DNA of 64,000 nt from assembly GCA_027485305.1 (NCBI GenBank), contig JAIXRI010000001.1, positions 12,231-76,230 on the forward strand. Reading direction: 5' to 3'. Shown here one piece after another: positions 30,144 to 40,645 of this stretch. How positions within the stretch are numbered: the stretch's first letter is position 1; each line of letters starts with the position of its first letter. The notes under the pieces are model-generated. The model searched no databases. It was not told where the DNA came from and saw nothing but the letters and a program-made list of their open reading frames with translations. This DNA comes from Methylophilaceae bacterium (lineage in GTDB: Bacteria > Pseudomonadota > Gammaproteobacteria > Burkholderiales > Methylophilaceae). The translations under genes and the position numbers were made by a program.

Positions 30144-30311
30144 TTAAATAACGTCATCTTGCAAAGGTATGTTTTTGAAACTCTCTAATTGCTGACCGCG
30201 CTGCTTGCTTCCATAAAGATAAACTAGCACTCCACAGAACAAGCCGAAAAAAATAACCAATGATACCGGCTTGGTGTTTTCAAACTTTGTAAACCACATT
30301 AACCATTCCAT
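30144..30311 (-). CDS. ccoQ: cbb3-type cytochrome c oxidase subunit CcoQ
   Basis: The 55-aa ORF MEWLMWFTKFENTKPVSLVIFFGLFCGVLVYLYGSKQRGQQLESFKNIPLQDDVI has one TM and lies exactly between ccoO and ccoP. It is below the ORF-track size cutoff. Confidence 0.8.
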   Translation of the reverse strand: MEWLMWFTKFENTKPVSLVIFFGLFCGVLVYLYGSKQRGQQLESFKNIPLQDDVI

Positions 30312-30367
30312 CTTAATATCCTTTTTCCAAAATATTCACTTTGAAAACTACTTATAAAGTCCGATTT

Positions 30368-31102
30368 TTAGCGATATTTACCAAAGTAGTCATCGTCATA
30401 TTTTTTAAAATCAACCATCGTGCCAAGCAATTGCAAATAGGATACTAACGCATCTGTCTCACTCAACTTATCCGGATTAGTATCGTAATTACCTGCTTGT
30501 GCTTGGGCTAGTAAATTTTTCTCAGCATCAGGGATATGCAAGTTTTTAGCAACATCCTCGCCAAACTCTTTAACGTTTTTGTCATACTCAGCCTTGCTAA
30601 TAGAATATGGAACACCAGTCGCACGCAGCGCTTTCATTCGCCCTTGAATATCAGAATAGTTCAAATCTGTTTTGACTAGCCAAGGGTAGTTTGGCATCAC
30701 TGATTGCGGTACTAATGAACGTGGTGCAGTTAAGTGCTGCGTATGCCAGTCATTGGAGTATTTGCCACCAACCCGAGCCAAATCAGGACCTGTCCTTTTT
30801 GAACCCCATTGGAAAGGATGATCGTACTTAGACTCAGCCGCTAGTGAATAGTGGCCATAACGAAGGGCTTCATCACGGAATGGGCGAATCATTTGTGAGT
30901 GACACAAATAACAACCCTCACGAATGTATATATCGCGTCCACGAATTTCAAGTGGGCTGTATGGATGAACACCCTCAACCTTTTCAACAGTTTCTTTAAT
31001 GAAAAATAGTGGGACGATTTCAACTAAACCACCAGCGCTAATAGCGAGCATCGTTAAGATAATCAAAATACCAACATTGCGTTCAATATTGTCGTGCTTC
31101 AT
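30368..31102 (-). CDS. ccoO: cbb3-type cytochrome c oxidase subunit II (monohaem) CcoO
   Basis: N-terminal TM and haem site CYLCH. The FixO-family sequence ...RPFRDE..RYGHYS is present. Confidence 0.95.
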   Translation of the reverse strand: MKHDNIERNVGILIILTMLAISAGGLVEIVPLFFIKETVEKVEGVHPYSPLEIRGRDIYIREGCYLCHSQMIRPFRDEALRYGHYSLAAESKYDHPFQWGSKRTGPDLARVGGKYSNDWHTQHLTAPRSLVPQSVMPNYPWLVKTDLNYSDIQGRMKALRATGVPYSISKAEYDKNVKEFGEDVAKNLHIPDAEKNLLAQAQAGNYDTNPDKLSETDALVSYLQLLGTMVDFKKYDDDYFGKYR

Positions 31103-31139
31103 GGTAACTCCAGCTTTTAAAAAGGTTAAGGCTTAAAGC

Positions 31140-32555
31140 TTAAGCCTGCTCAGTTGTGCCACTCTTAATAGTTTTATACATGTTGTAACTCATTAAGATT
31201 ATACCGCTCAAGAAAAATAGTCCGCCAACTGCACGCATAATGTAAAGATTGTGCGCCGCTGCCACAGCCTCAATAAATGCATATTGCAAGTTGCCGAAAT
31301 CATCAAAAGCTCGCCACATTAAACCAGCCATAATGCCCGAAATCCACATTGCAGTGATATAGAGCAGGATGCCGATTGTCGCCAACCAGAAGTGAATATT
31401 AATTAGGCGGTTACTGTACATTTGTGTATTCCAAAGCTTTGGCACCATGTGATAGAAGCTACCAAAAGTAACCATTGCAACCCACCCAAGGGCACCAGAG
31501 TGCACGTGACCGATTGTCCAGTCTGTATAGTGTGAAAGCGCATTCACGTCTTTTAATGACATGATAGGACCTTCAAATGTTGACATCCCATAGAAAGACA
31601 AAGACACAATCAAGAATCGTATTATAGGGTCAGTGCGCATCTTGTCCCAAGCACCTGACAGTGTAAGGATGCCGTTAACCATACCGCCCCATGATGGAAG
31701 CAGTAGCATGATAGAGAATGTTGCAGCTAGCGTAGATGTCCAGTCAGGAATCGCTGTCCAATGTAAATGATGCGCACCTGCCCACATGTACAAGAACACC
31801 AATGCCCAGAAGTGCAATACTGATAGACGATATGAATAGATAGGGCGTCCAGCCTGTTTAGGCACAAAGTAGTACATCATTCCCAAAAAAGCCGCTGTTA
31901 GGAAGAAACCAACCGCATTGTGACCATACCACCACTGCGTCATTGCATCTTGGGCGCCTGCAAATAAGCTGTATGACTTCATTGAGAACAAGCTGACAGG
32001 TACTGCAAGGTTGTTAAATGTATGTAATAAAGCGGTCGCTAAAATAAAGGCTAAGTAAAACCAATTCGCAACATAAATATGCGGTTGTTTACGCTTCATG
32101 AGTGTTGCAACAAACAATACAAGATATGCGATCCAAACCACCTCGATCAACAAATCAATCGGCCATTCCATCTCCGCGTATTCGCGGCCTTGTGAGTAAC
32201 CCATAACATTTCCAAGGGCGGCTAGCAAAATAATGGCTTGCCACCCCCAAAAGGTGAAAGATGCTAAGCCATCACTAAATAACCGCGCTTGGCAAGTTCT
32301 TTGCACAATATAATATGATGTAGCAAAGAGCGCGCAACCTCCAAAACCAAAAATTACTGTACCTGTATGTACTGGGCGTAAACGACCAAAAGTAATGAAG
32401 GGGTTATCGAAATTCAATACCGGGAACGCAAGCTCAGAAGCTATATACAACCCCGCCAACATTCCCAACACGCCCCAAACCAAAGTCATGATTGCGAACT
32501 TTCGTATCACATCATAATTGTATTGCTCAGTATTTGTAACGCTCGCAGTTGTCAT
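31140..32555 (-). CDS. ccoN: cbb3-type cytochrome c oxidase subunit I CcoN
   Basis: 12+ TM haem-copper oxidase with conserved His ligands. ATG at 32555 is preceded by AGGAG. The track start at 32573 is GTG. Confidence 0.95.
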   Translation of the reverse strand: MTTASVTNTEQYNYDVIRKFAIMTLVWGVLGMLAGLYIASELAFPVLNFDNPFITFGRLRPVHTGTVIFGFGGCALFATSYYIVQRTCQARLFSDGLASFTFWGWQAIILLAALGNVMGYSQGREYAEMEWPIDLLIEVVWIAYLVLFVATLMKRKQPHIYVANWFYLAFILATALLHTFNNLAVPVSLFSMKSYSLFAGAQDAMTQWWYGHNAVGFFLTAAFLGMMYYFVPKQAGRPIYSYRLSVLHFWALVFLYMWAGAHHLHWTAIPDWTSTLAATFSIMLLLPSWGGMVNGILTLSGAWDKMRTDPIIRFLIVSLSFYGMSTFEGPIMSLKDVNALSHYTDWTIGHVHSGALGWVAMVTFGSFYHMVPKLWNTQMYSNRLINIHFWLATIGILLYITAMWISGIMAGLMWRAFDDFGNLQYAFIEAVAAAHNLYIMRAVGGLFFLSGIILMSYNMYKTIKSGTTEQA

Positions 32556-32639
32556 AACTACGTCTCCTAACACTAAAATGATTAACTTTAACTTCGATAT
32601 TTAACTACTTTTTTTTACCTAAAAGCAAGCCTGCACGAG

Positions 32640-33218
32640 TTACAAAATTTGCTTTAAGTCACTGACAATTTCAGGCGGCTTTTGGCCATACTTTAAATAA
32701 ATTCTTACTTTTCCTTTTTTATCAAAAACGTAGCTACCTGCACTGTGGTCAATTGAATAACTAAGGCTGTCTAATTCAGCCTGCTTTTCATAAAAAACTT
32801 TATAATTTTTTGCTACTTTTTTTATTTGCTCTTGGCTACCACGCAATGCCACAAAGCGTTTGTCAAAGCTATTAACGTAATTTTGCAGGAGCGATTGCGT
32901 ATCTCTTTCAGGATCAAGTGTCACAAATACAACCTGCACCTCATCAGATCGATCACCCAGCATCTTCATCACTTTTGCTAAATCTGCCATCGTGGTCGGA
33001 CAAACATCTGGGCAATGACTGTACCCAAAAAAAACGATAACCACTTTTCCCAAGAAATCATCTAAATTACGTTCATGTCCTTGATGATCAGGCAGACTCC
33101 AATGACGGTCAAATTGAGTCTCAGAAATATCAGTGCCAAAAAAATTCTTATCAGCATGTTGACTCTCACTGCATGCCGTAACCATGAAAAATAACAGCAG
33201 TAGAAAAAATCTTTGCAT
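32640..33218 (-). CDS. SCO1/SenC family copper chaperone (thioredoxin fold)
   Basis: CPDVCP copper-binding motif, a lipoprotein-type signal (FFMVTAC), and an AGGAG RBS. It lies 84 nt upstream of the preferred ccoN start (32555), or 66 nt from the track GTG start at 32573, on the same strand. Confidence 0.88.
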   Translation of the reverse strand: MQRFFLLLLFFMVTACSESQHADKNFFGTDISETQFDRHWSLPDHQGHERNLDDFLGKVVIVFFGYSHCPDVCPTTMADLAKVMKMLGDRSDEVQVVFVTLDPERDTQSLLQNYVNSFDKRFVALRGSQEQIKKVAKNYKVFYEKQAELDSLSYSIDHSAGSYVFDKKGKVRIYLKYGQKPPEIVSDLKQIL

Positions 33219-33597
33219 CCATAGCTCCTAATTCTTGACATTGATCACATAAGAAAATTCAATGCTTTTAAAAGCTTTTTGTTGTGATGCGTCTTATTAA
33301 AAACTTCTAGTTAGGTTTTTTCCAAAAACTTCAGAAAAAACAATATTCATATGCTATCGCATGTGAACTATTAACGTTTACAGTTCATCATGAAATTCAT
33401 GATTTAATTTCTAACGAAACACATCATTACATTTTGCGGCTTATTAAATCAACTCAATATTATAGATTCATTTTTTAATTTTTTTTCAGTCTATTTACTG
33501 TGAAAAATAAACATCGTTTTAAAAGTTAATCTTATTGCGACTATTCAGCGCGATGACGAGCGTTTACAATTAAGGTTTTGCACGTTGGAGAGTTAAC

Positions 33598-34530
33598 ATG
33601 GCAATTGCCACATCGATGGCTGATCGCGACGGTCTTATTTGGTATGACGGCAAGATGGTGGACTGGCGAAGCGCCACTACCCACGTTCTCAGCCACACAT
33701 TGCATTATGGCATGGGCGTGTTTGAGGGTGTTCGCGCCTACAAGACTGACAAAGGCCCTGCAATTTTCCGCTTGAAAGAACATACAGATCGACTTTTCCG
33801 TTCAGCACATATTCTAGGCATGAAGATGCCTTTTGATAAAGCGACGCTGATGGAAGCGCAAAAAGCAGCCGTGCGTGAAAACAATCTTGAATCAGCTTAC
33901 ATGCGCCCTATGGCCTTTTATGGCCCGGAAGCAATGGGCATCTCAGCTAAAACACTATCAACCCACGTGATTGTAGCCGCTTGGACTTGGGGCGCTTACA
34001 TGGGTGATGAAGCGATTACAAATGGTATCCGCGTGAAGACATCCTCTTTCTCACGCCATCATGTGAACATCACGATGTGTAAAGCTAAAGCAAACGGCAA
34101 CTACATGAACTCAATCTTGGCACACCAAGAAGCAGCGCAAGATGGTTACGATGAGGCTTTGTTATTGGACGTTGACGGCTTTGTGGCTGAAGGCTCTGGC
34201 GAGAACGTATTTATTGTTCGCAACGGCAAATTAATCACACCTGACTTAACAAGCGCACTTGAAGGCATTACACGCGATACCATCTTGCAATTAGCTGGCG
34301 AAATTGGCTTGCAAGTCATTGAGAAACGCATCACTCGCGATGAAGTGTATTCAGCAGATGAAGCCTTCTTTACTGGCACTGCGGCTGAAGTGACACCTAT
34401 CCGTGAACTTGATAATCGCGCGATTGGTGATGGCAAACGTGGTCCGATTACCGAAAAACTTCAATCGATGTACTTCGATATCGTCAAAGGTAAATCAGCA
34501 AAACACGCTGACTGGTTAACATTAGTTTAA
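33598..34530 (+). CDS. ilvE: Branched-chain amino acid aminotransferase IlvE
   Basis: Class IV PLP aminotransferase, 310 aa (...GVFEGVRAY..., ...EGSGENVF...). GGAGAG RBS. Confidence 0.93.
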   Translation: MAIATSMADRDGLIWYDGKMVDWRSATTHVLSHTLHYGMGVFEGVRAYKTDKGPAIFRLKEHTDRLFRSAHILGMKMPFDKATLMEAQKAAVRENNLESAYMRPMAFYGPEAMGISAKTLSTHVIVAAWTWGAYMGDEAITNGIRVKTSSFSRHHVNITMCKAKANGNYMNSILAHQEAAQDGYDEALLLDVDGFVAEGSGENVFIVRNGKLITPDLTSALEGITRDTILQLAGEIGLQVIEKRITRDEVYSADEAFFTGTAAEVTPIRELDNRAIGDGKRGPITEKLQSMYFDIVKGKSAKHADWLTLV

Positions 34531-34562
34531 TTTTAAATCATAGCAATTGAAGGAAGCTCCAC

Positions 34563-34754
34563 ATGGCAAACGACACAAAAATCATCCAAGTCAGCGCAAA
34601 GGACTTACCACTGCACTGCCCAACGGATGAGGTTGCTTTGTGGTGCTCCCACCCACGCGTATTTTTGGACTTATCTGAAACGGGCAAGGTAAGTTGCCCT
34701 TATTGCGGCACAAAATATCAACTGAAAGCTGGCGAAAAAGCAGGGCATCATTAA
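34563..34754 (+). CDS. Zinc-finger (zf-CHCC type) small protein
   Basis: 63 aa with LHCP...CPYCGTKY. I recall this as a conserved partner downstream of ilvE in betaproteobacteria. Confidence 0.75.
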   Translation: MANDTKIIQVSAKDLPLHCPTDEVALWCSHPRVFLDLSETGKVSCPYCGTKYQLKAGEKAGHH

Positions 34755-34775
34755 GCTTTAAAAATCAACAAAGAC

Positions 34776-35585
34776 TCAAATCAAGCGAGCAACACTCACT
34801 GGGGAGCCCCACAATGCGCTCATGACTTTTTCAGTGTCATCAGCTTCATTGTTTGACCAAAAACTAACACTCCCCAATTCATCTAAAGCACACATCAACT
34901 GATTGTCTTGCAGCCGATTCTTTAATTGCTTAGCTACAGCATCGCCCGTATCAATTAACACCACATCACTACCAACTATTTCTTCGATGAGCGCGCGCAC
35001 AAATGGATAATGCGTACAGCCTAAGACGATAGTATCGGCTTTAGCCGATAGCAAGGGTTGCAAATACTGCTTTAATAAGGCTTTCGTTGAGAGGCTCGTT
35101 AACTCACCCTTTTCCACACACTCAACCAAACCAATACAAGCTTGTATCACGACCTCAACGCCTTGGGCATAATGCTCAAGCAAAGCGGAAAACTGAGCAC
35201 TTTTCAATGTGCCGCTTGTCGCCAACACACCAACCACACCTGTTTTTGTAGCAGCCACAGCAGGCTTGAGTGCTGGCTCCATGCCTATAATCAGCAGATC
35301 AGGATATCTTTCACGCAAACTAGAAACTGCCGCCGCAGTGGCGGTATTGCAAGCCACAACCAATGCTTTAACACCTTGATTCAGTAAAAATTCAGCAAGA
35401 TGAAAACTACGGGCTTGAATAAACTCAGGCGTTTGATTGCCATAAGGCGCATGTTTTGAATCAGCTACATAGATAAGACTCTCCTGCGGCATCAGCGCCC
35501 GAATATGCTTGAGCACAGAGATGCCACCAACGCCGGAATCAAAGACGCCGATAGGCGCAGATGGAGAATTAAACTGTTTTTGCAT
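34776..35585 (-). CDS. murI: Glutamate racemase MurI
   Basis: Motifs GVFDSGVGG, catalytic Cys in ACNTA and GCTHYP. ATG at 35585; the track start at 35591 is TTG. Confidence 0.93.
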   Translation of the reverse strand: MQKQFNSPSAPIGVFDSGVGGISVLKHIRALMPQESLIYVADSKHAPYGNQTPEFIQARSFHLAEFLLNQGVKALVVACNTATAAAVSSLRERYPDLLIIGMEPALKPAVAATKTGVVGVLATSGTLKSAQFSALLEHYAQGVEVVIQACIGLVECVEKGELTSLSTKALLKQYLQPLLSAKADTIVLGCTHYPFVRALIEEIVGSDVVLIDTGDAVAKQLKNRLQDNQLMCALDELGSVSFWSNNEADDTEKVMSALWGSPVSVARLI

Positions 35586-35681
35586 GCACAAGAGTTTAGC
35601 TGAACTTACATGAGAATGTCATTTTCTATCAGCTGCATCAGTTACAATGTTAACTAGATTAGCGGTTTCAAGGACTTTGGC

Positions 35682-36227
35682 ATGGCAAACAGACTAAGCA
35701 AAATTTATACTAAAACAGGAGACACCGGCACTACAGGTCTCGGTGATGGCTCACGCGTAAATAAAGACAGCTTGCGAATTGACGCGATGGGGGATGTCGA
35801 TGAGCTCAATGCTGTGATTGGCATTTTACTTACAGAACCCTTGCCTGAACTTATTCGCAGCACCCTTGATGATGTTCAACATGATCTATTCGATGTGGGT
35901 GGTGAAATCTGCATCCCTGGCTACAGCATGCTCAAAGTAGATCGTGTCACAGCACTAGAAAATGTGCTCGATGAGCTTAATGAGCCATTGCCATCTCTCA
36001 AAGAGTTTATTTTGCCAGGTGGCTCACGTGCCTCTGCTTATTGCCATTTAGCTCGGACGGTTTGTCGTCGCGCTGAACGCTCGATGATTAAGCTGAACCG
36101 CGATGAAACCGTCACTGTGATTTCATTGCAATACATCAATCGACTTTCTGACTTGCTGTTTGTGATGTGTCGCAGCATTAATCATGCTTCTAACGTGCCA
36201 GATGTCTTGTGGCATAATAAGTCTTAA
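35682..36227 (+). CDS. PduO-type ATP:cob(I)alamin adenosyltransferase
   Basis: N-terminal IYTKTGDTGTTGL motif. 181 aa with a helical-bundle-type sequence. Confidence 0.88.
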   Translation: MANRLSKIYTKTGDTGTTGLGDGSRVNKDSLRIDAMGDVDELNAVIGILLTEPLPELIRSTLDDVQHDLFDVGGEICIPGYSMLKVDRVTALENVLDELNEPLPSLKEFILPGGSRASAYCHLARTVCRRAERSMIKLNRDETVTVISLQYINRLSDLLFVMCRSINHASNVPDVLWHNKS

Positions 36228-36254
36228 ATTAAGCACAACTGAACCTTAGACTGA

Positions 36255-37655
36255 ATGATTAAAAAACTACTGCAGCGCGTATTTTCAAAAAAAGATAAAA
36301 CCATCACGCATGACATTAGTCACCAACATGGACGGGGCAGAAGCCCATCAAGTCCTAGTAAAAACATAGCCCACAACGCCAAACGCATCTCCAGCAAAAC
36401 ACACCGCATTGATCGTCGATTGCTTAGCAATGCCGCCGTGAAAACAACGGAAGGCTTGCAAAAAGCCGGCTTCGAAGCTTACATCGTAGGCGGCGCAGTG
36501 CGTGACTTACTCCTTAAAAAATGCCCCAAAGATTTTGACATCGCCACAGATGCCACACCAGAACAAGTCAACAGAGTTTTCCGCCGTTCACGCATTATTG
36601 GTCGCCGCTTCAGACTTGTGCACGTGATGTTTGGTAATGAAACCATTGAGGTTTCGACTTTCCGTGGCAGTCATCTTGGCGAGAGCGATGACAATCAAGT
36701 GGCTGACTCTGGCCGAATTCTGCGTGATAACGTGTTTGGCAACCAAGAGGAAGATGCAGTTCGTCGCGACTTTACTGCCAACGCCCTTTATTACGACCCA
36801 GCAACAGAAGATGTGCTCGATTTTCATAATGGTGTTGCAGATATTCAAGCCGGCATATTAAAAATGATCGGCGACCCAGCCACTCGGTATCGTGAAGATC
36901 CCGTTCGTATGCTCAGAGCAGTGCGCCTTTCAGCAAAGCTCGGCTTGAAAATTGATAGCGCTACAGAATCCCCTATTCCAAAGTTAGCCGAGCTTTTAAA
37001 CGACGTACCGCCATCACGTTTATTTGACGAAATGCTCAAACTATTCTTATCCGGTCACGCCATTGAGAGCGCAGTGCAACTACGCAAACACGGTTTACAT
37101 CATGGCTTATTACCATTATTAGACGTGGTACTTGAACAGCCAATCGGAGCTAAGTTTGTAAACTTGGCACTCAAAAATACCGACACCCGGGTACTTGCTG
37201 AAAAACCTGTTTCCCCAGGATTTTTATTCGCCACATTACTTTGGCATGAAGTGCTCGTGGCATGGCAACGCTATCAAAAACAAGGCAATCGTCCAATCCC
37301 AGCCCTTCACATGGCGATGACAGAGGTCAGCGACATTCAAGCTGAGAAGCTTGCAATTCACAAACGCTATAGCACGACGATGAAAGAGATTTGGGGCTTA
37401 CAACCACGCTTTGAAATGCGCGTAGGCAAGCGTCCTTTTGGCTTACTGGAACATCCACGTTACCGTGCAGCTTATGACTTTCTATTACTTCGCTGTGAAT
37501 CTGGCGAAGTGCCAATGGAGCTTGGCGAATGGTGGACGAAGTTTGCGGATGAAAATCCAGAACAGCGCTTAAATCTTTTGAAAACCTTACCGGCTAGCAA
37601 TACGCCTGAACACAAACCACGTCGCCGTCGCAGAAGAAAACCTGTCGCACAATAA
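36255..37655 (+). CDS. pcnB: Poly(A) polymerase I PcnB
   Basis: Nucleotidyltransferase motif GGAVRDLLL..PKDFD and a basic C-terminal tail (KPRRRRRRKP). Followed by folK, as in E. coli. Confidence 0.93.
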   Translation: MIKKLLQRVFSKKDKTITHDISHQHGRGRSPSSPSKNIAHNAKRISSKTHRIDRRLLSNAAVKTTEGLQKAGFEAYIVGGAVRDLLLKKCPKDFDIATDATPEQVNRVFRRSRIIGRRFRLVHVMFGNETIEVSTFRGSHLGESDDNQVADSGRILRDNVFGNQEEDAVRRDFTANALYYDPATEDVLDFHNGVADIQAGILKMIGDPATRYREDPVRMLRAVRLSAKLGLKIDSATESPIPKLAELLNDVPPSRLFDEMLKLFLSGHAIESAVQLRKHGLHHGLLPLLDVVLEQPIGAKFVNLALKNTDTRVLAEKPVSPGFLFATLLWHEVLVAWQRYQKQGNRPIPALHMAMTEVSDIQAEKLAIHKRYSTTMKEIWGLQPRFEMRVGKRPFGLLEHPRYRAAYDFLLLRCESGEVPMELGEWWTKFADENPEQRLNLLKTLPASNTPEHKPRRRRRRKPVAQ

Positions 37656-38131
37656 TGCATCAAGCTTTTATTGCCTTAGGTAGCAATCTGCAAGACCCGC
37701 AAGCACAAGTTGAGCGGGCTTTGCAAACCATCGCAAACACACTCAACATAAAGCTTATCAAAGCATCATCCCTCTTCAAAACAGCGCCTATTGGTTATGA
37801 CAATCAGCCAGACTTCATCAATGCTGTGGCGGAAATTGAAACGGATTTAAGCCCATTAGCATTGTTGCATACGCTTTTAGCGATCGAGGCTAAACACGGC
37901 CGAGAAAGGCCATTTCCTAATGCGCCAAGAGTCTTGGATTTAGATGTGTTGCTTTATGGAAATATTGAAATCAACACAGCAGAGCTGACCCTGCCGCATC
38001 CAAGAATGCATACACGTGGCTTTGTGATGTTGCCGCTCGCCGAAATTGCACCAAAAATTAACATCGGCAACCATGGATACGCTGACGAGCTTGCTTCAAA
38101 ATGCGATAATCAAGGTGTAAGCAAACTTTAA
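37655..38131 (+). CDS. folK: 2-amino-4-hydroxy-6-hydroxymethyldihydropteridine pyrophosphokinase FolK
   Basis: HPPK motifs (A.IALGSNL, RVLDLD.L.Y, LPHPRMH.R.FV). 158 aa. Confidence 0.93.
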   Translation: MHQAFIALGSNLQDPQAQVERALQTIANTLNIKLIKASSLFKTAPIGYDNQPDFINAVAEIETDLSPLALLHTLLAIEAKHGRERPFPNAPRVLDLDVLLYGNIEINTAELTLPHPRMHTRGFVMLPLAEIAPKINIGNHGYADELASKCDNQGVSKL

Positions 38132-38170
38132 TCTTCTAAAGAAAATGAGCCAACAGGCAAATACGAGAAA

Positions 38171-38818
38171 ATGAGTATCACAGAAAAATTTCCATACATC
38201 GTGATCGAAGGCCCCATCGGCAGTGGCAAGACAACGCTTGCCCGCAAACTTGCTGCCCGCTTTCCCGTGAATTTATTGCTTGAAAAAGCTGAAGCTAATC
38301 CTTTTTTAGCGCGATTCTACCAAGACCCTGAGCGCTATGCTTTGCCTACACAACTGTTCTTTTTGTATCAGCGCAGCAATCAAATTCATGATCTGAATCA
38401 GCGCGATATTTTTGGTGATGCAACAATTGCTGACTTCTTCTTAGAAAAAGACCCGCTATTTGCTCGCCTCAATTTAAACGACGAAGAGTTTTCGCTTTAC
38501 CGCCAGATTTATCAGACCATGCAAGTGCAAGCGGCGAAGCCTGACTTGGTCATCTACCTGCAAACGCCAGTAGAAACCCTACTTGAGCGCGTTGAGCAAC
38601 GCAATATCAGCTATGAGCAAGATATTCCTCTTGATTATTTAACGCGCCTTTCTGATGCTTATAGTGAATTTTTCCACGTTTACGATAGCTCTCCACTGCT
38701 CATTGTGAACAACGAAAAAATTAACATCACCACTAGCGAAGAGGCCCTTGACTTGCTAGTTGAGCGTATTATGCAAGTGCAAAGCCGTCGCGAATTCTTC
38801 AATCCCGTTTGGGATTAA
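38171..38818 (+). CDS. Deoxynucleoside kinase family protein
   Basis: P-loop EGPIGSGKTT, and an ERYA/ PTQLFF region typical of the dNK family. Located between folK and panB. Confidence 0.8.
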   Translation: MSITEKFPYIVIEGPIGSGKTTLARKLAARFPVNLLLEKAEANPFLARFYQDPERYALPTQLFFLYQRSNQIHDLNQRDIFGDATIADFFLEKDPLFARLNLNDEEFSLYRQIYQTMQVQAAKPDLVIYLQTPVETLLERVEQRNISYEQDIPLDYLTRLSDAYSEFFHVYDSSPLLIVNNEKINITTSEEALDLLVERIMQVQSRREFFNPVWD

Positions 38819-38823
38819 CAGCC

Positions 38824-39648
38824 ATGTCGTTAGCAAAAATAAATGCTCTGATTGGCCGTGGTGAAAAAGTCGCCATGCTAACCTGTTACGATGCAACTTT
38901 TGCCAAGCTTAGCGAGGCGGCAGGGGTTGATATGCTGCTAGTTGGCGACTCACTAGGCATGGTATTACAAGGCGCTGAAAATACCTTGAGCGTATCCATG
39001 CAAGACATGGAATACCATACAAAATCAGTCAAAGCTGGGACTACCGACTGTGGCATCATGGTTGACATGCCAGCAGGCAGCTATGAACACAACAAAGAAA
39101 TTGCATTGCTCAATGCAAAAAAACTCATCTCCTCTGGCGCGGATATTGTCAAAATTGAAGGCGGTGGCGAGGTGGTCAACATCGCACAATATCTCATCGA
39201 GCATGGCATCCCAGTTTGCGCGCATTTAGGATTCACGCCGCAATCCGTCAATCAATTAGGCGGGTACCGCATTCAGGGAAAAACTGAAGAAACTGCTCAC
39301 CAAATTCTACAAGATGCGACTGCAATGGATCAGGTCGGCGTCCATTTTGTTCTGCTTGAAATGGTACCAGCTATACTCGCAAAAACCATCACTGAATCAA
39401 TTAACACCCCCACAATCGGCATCGGTGCTGGCGCGGATTGCGATGGGCAAGTACTAGTGATTCAAGACTTACTTGGCATTTACACAGGCCCCGCATCAAA
39501 AAAACCTGAAGAATTTAAATCTCCTCGCTTTGCTAAAAACTTTTTAGCAGAAAGCTCCTTGGGGAACATTAGTATTCAAAGTTCCGTTCAGGCTTATGTA
39601 AAAGCCGTTAAGGACAAAGCCTTCCCTGGCGCTGAACATTGTTATTAA
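38824..39648 (+). CDS. panB: 3-methyl-2-oxobutanoate hydroxymethyltransferase PanB
   Basis: Motifs TCYDATFA, LVGDSLGMV, KIEGG. ATG at 38824. Confidence 0.93.
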   Translation: MSLAKINALIGRGEKVAMLTCYDATFAKLSEAAGVDMLLVGDSLGMVLQGAENTLSVSMQDMEYHTKSVKAGTTDCGIMVDMPAGSYEHNKEIALLNAKKLISSGADIVKIEGGGEVVNIAQYLIEHGIPVCAHLGFTPQSVNQLGGYRIQGKTEETAHQILQDATAMDQVGVHFVLLEMVPAILAKTITESINTPTIGIGAGADCDGQVLVIQDLLGIYTGPASKKPEEFKSPRFAKNFLAESSLGNISIQSSVQAYVKAVKDKAFPGAEHCY

Positions 39649-39666
39649 TTGGCTAACTGTTAATTT

Positions 39667-40545
39667 ATGCAAATCGTCAAAACCGCACAGGCTCTATCAC
39701 AAGCATTAGCATCCCAGAATGCAATTGCGTTCGTACCCACCATGGGCAACTTGCACGCAGGGCATATTCAACTCGTTGAGCTTGCCAAGACTAAAGACGC
39801 TTGTGTGGTGGTCAGCATCTTTATAAACCCCCTACAGTTTGGCGCAAACGAAGACTTGAGCAATTACCCTCGCACCCTAGACGCCGATTTAGAAAAATTA
39901 AAAGCTGCAGGCGCAGATATTGTTTTTACGCCTAGCGAGCAAGAGATTTACCCGGACTTTGATGCTTCAACTAATAACACGCATCAAAGCATCAAGATCA
40001 ACTTGCCAAGTATCGCCAATGAGCTCTGTGGCGCTGCTCGCCCTGGGCATTTCTCAGGCATGGCAACGGTCGTGCTCAAATTATTCAATCTCGTATTTTT
40101 TAATGACGCGAAAACCAAAATCGCTATTTTCGGAAAAAAAGACTTCCAACAGCTTTTCATCATCCGCGACATGGTGAAGCAATTTAATTTGCCGATTGAA
40201 ATTATTGCCAGTGAAACAAAGCGAGAAGCTGATGGATTGGCGATGAGCTCGCGCAACGGCTATCTAACACCTGCGCAAAAATTAGAAGCCCCGAGTTTAT
40301 ACCGCGCACTAGGCTTGCTGGTTGATACGGTCAAAAAAGGGAATGCTGATTTCGCTAGCTTAGAAGCGCAAACCACGCAATTTCTCACCCAGCTTGGCTG
40401 GATAGTGGATTACATCTCCATTCGTTCAGCCGAAACACTGCTGCCTGCCACAAGCGCAGACCTCAAATTAGTTGTTCTGGGTGCTGCACGCCAGGGCACA
40501 ACCCGATTAATTGATAATATTGAGTTCACCCTCAGGTCTCACTAG
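39667..40545 (+). CDS. panC: Pantoate--beta-alanine ligase PanC
   Basis: HIGH-type motif PTMGNLHAGH, and ...FGKKDFQQ... 292 aa. Confidence 0.93.
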   Translation: MQIVKTAQALSQALASQNAIAFVPTMGNLHAGHIQLVELAKTKDACVVVSIFINPLQFGANEDLSNYPRTLDADLEKLKAAGADIVFTPSEQEIYPDFDASTNNTHQSIKINLPSIANELCGAARPGHFSGMATVVLKLFNLVFFNDAKTKIAIFGKKDFQQLFIIRDMVKQFNLPIEIIASETKREADGLAMSSRNGYLTPAQKLEAPSLYRALGLLVDTVKKGNADFASLEAQTTQFLTQLGWIVDYISIRSAETLLPATSADLKLVVLGAARQGTTRLIDNIEFTLRSH

Positions 40546-40645
40546 CCTCTCAGCTGTAAGGAAAGCCCAAGTTTTTGTAATTTTGCGCGGCCGCTAGTAA
40601 GCGACTATAATATGCATGCTTTTCAATTAAACACATAGGGAAACC

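Noticed and set aside
33245-33258. FNR/ANR-like box TTGAC-ATTG-ATCAC upstream of the SCO1-cco operon.
   Set aside because: It matches 8 of 10 consensus positions of TTGAT-N4-ATCAA, but its centre is only about 33 nt from the SCO1 ATG. A class II (-41.5) promoter would then start transcription inside the coding region and remove the lipoprotein signal peptide. It is kept only as a weak possibility.
33541-33783. Overlapping ORFs at the ilvE 5' end: 33541-33783 (minus strand) and 33578-33775 (plus strand).
   Set aside because: The ilvE frame starting at 33598 has a GGAGAG RBS and a clear aminotransferase sequence. The alternatives are out-of-frame or antisense shadows.
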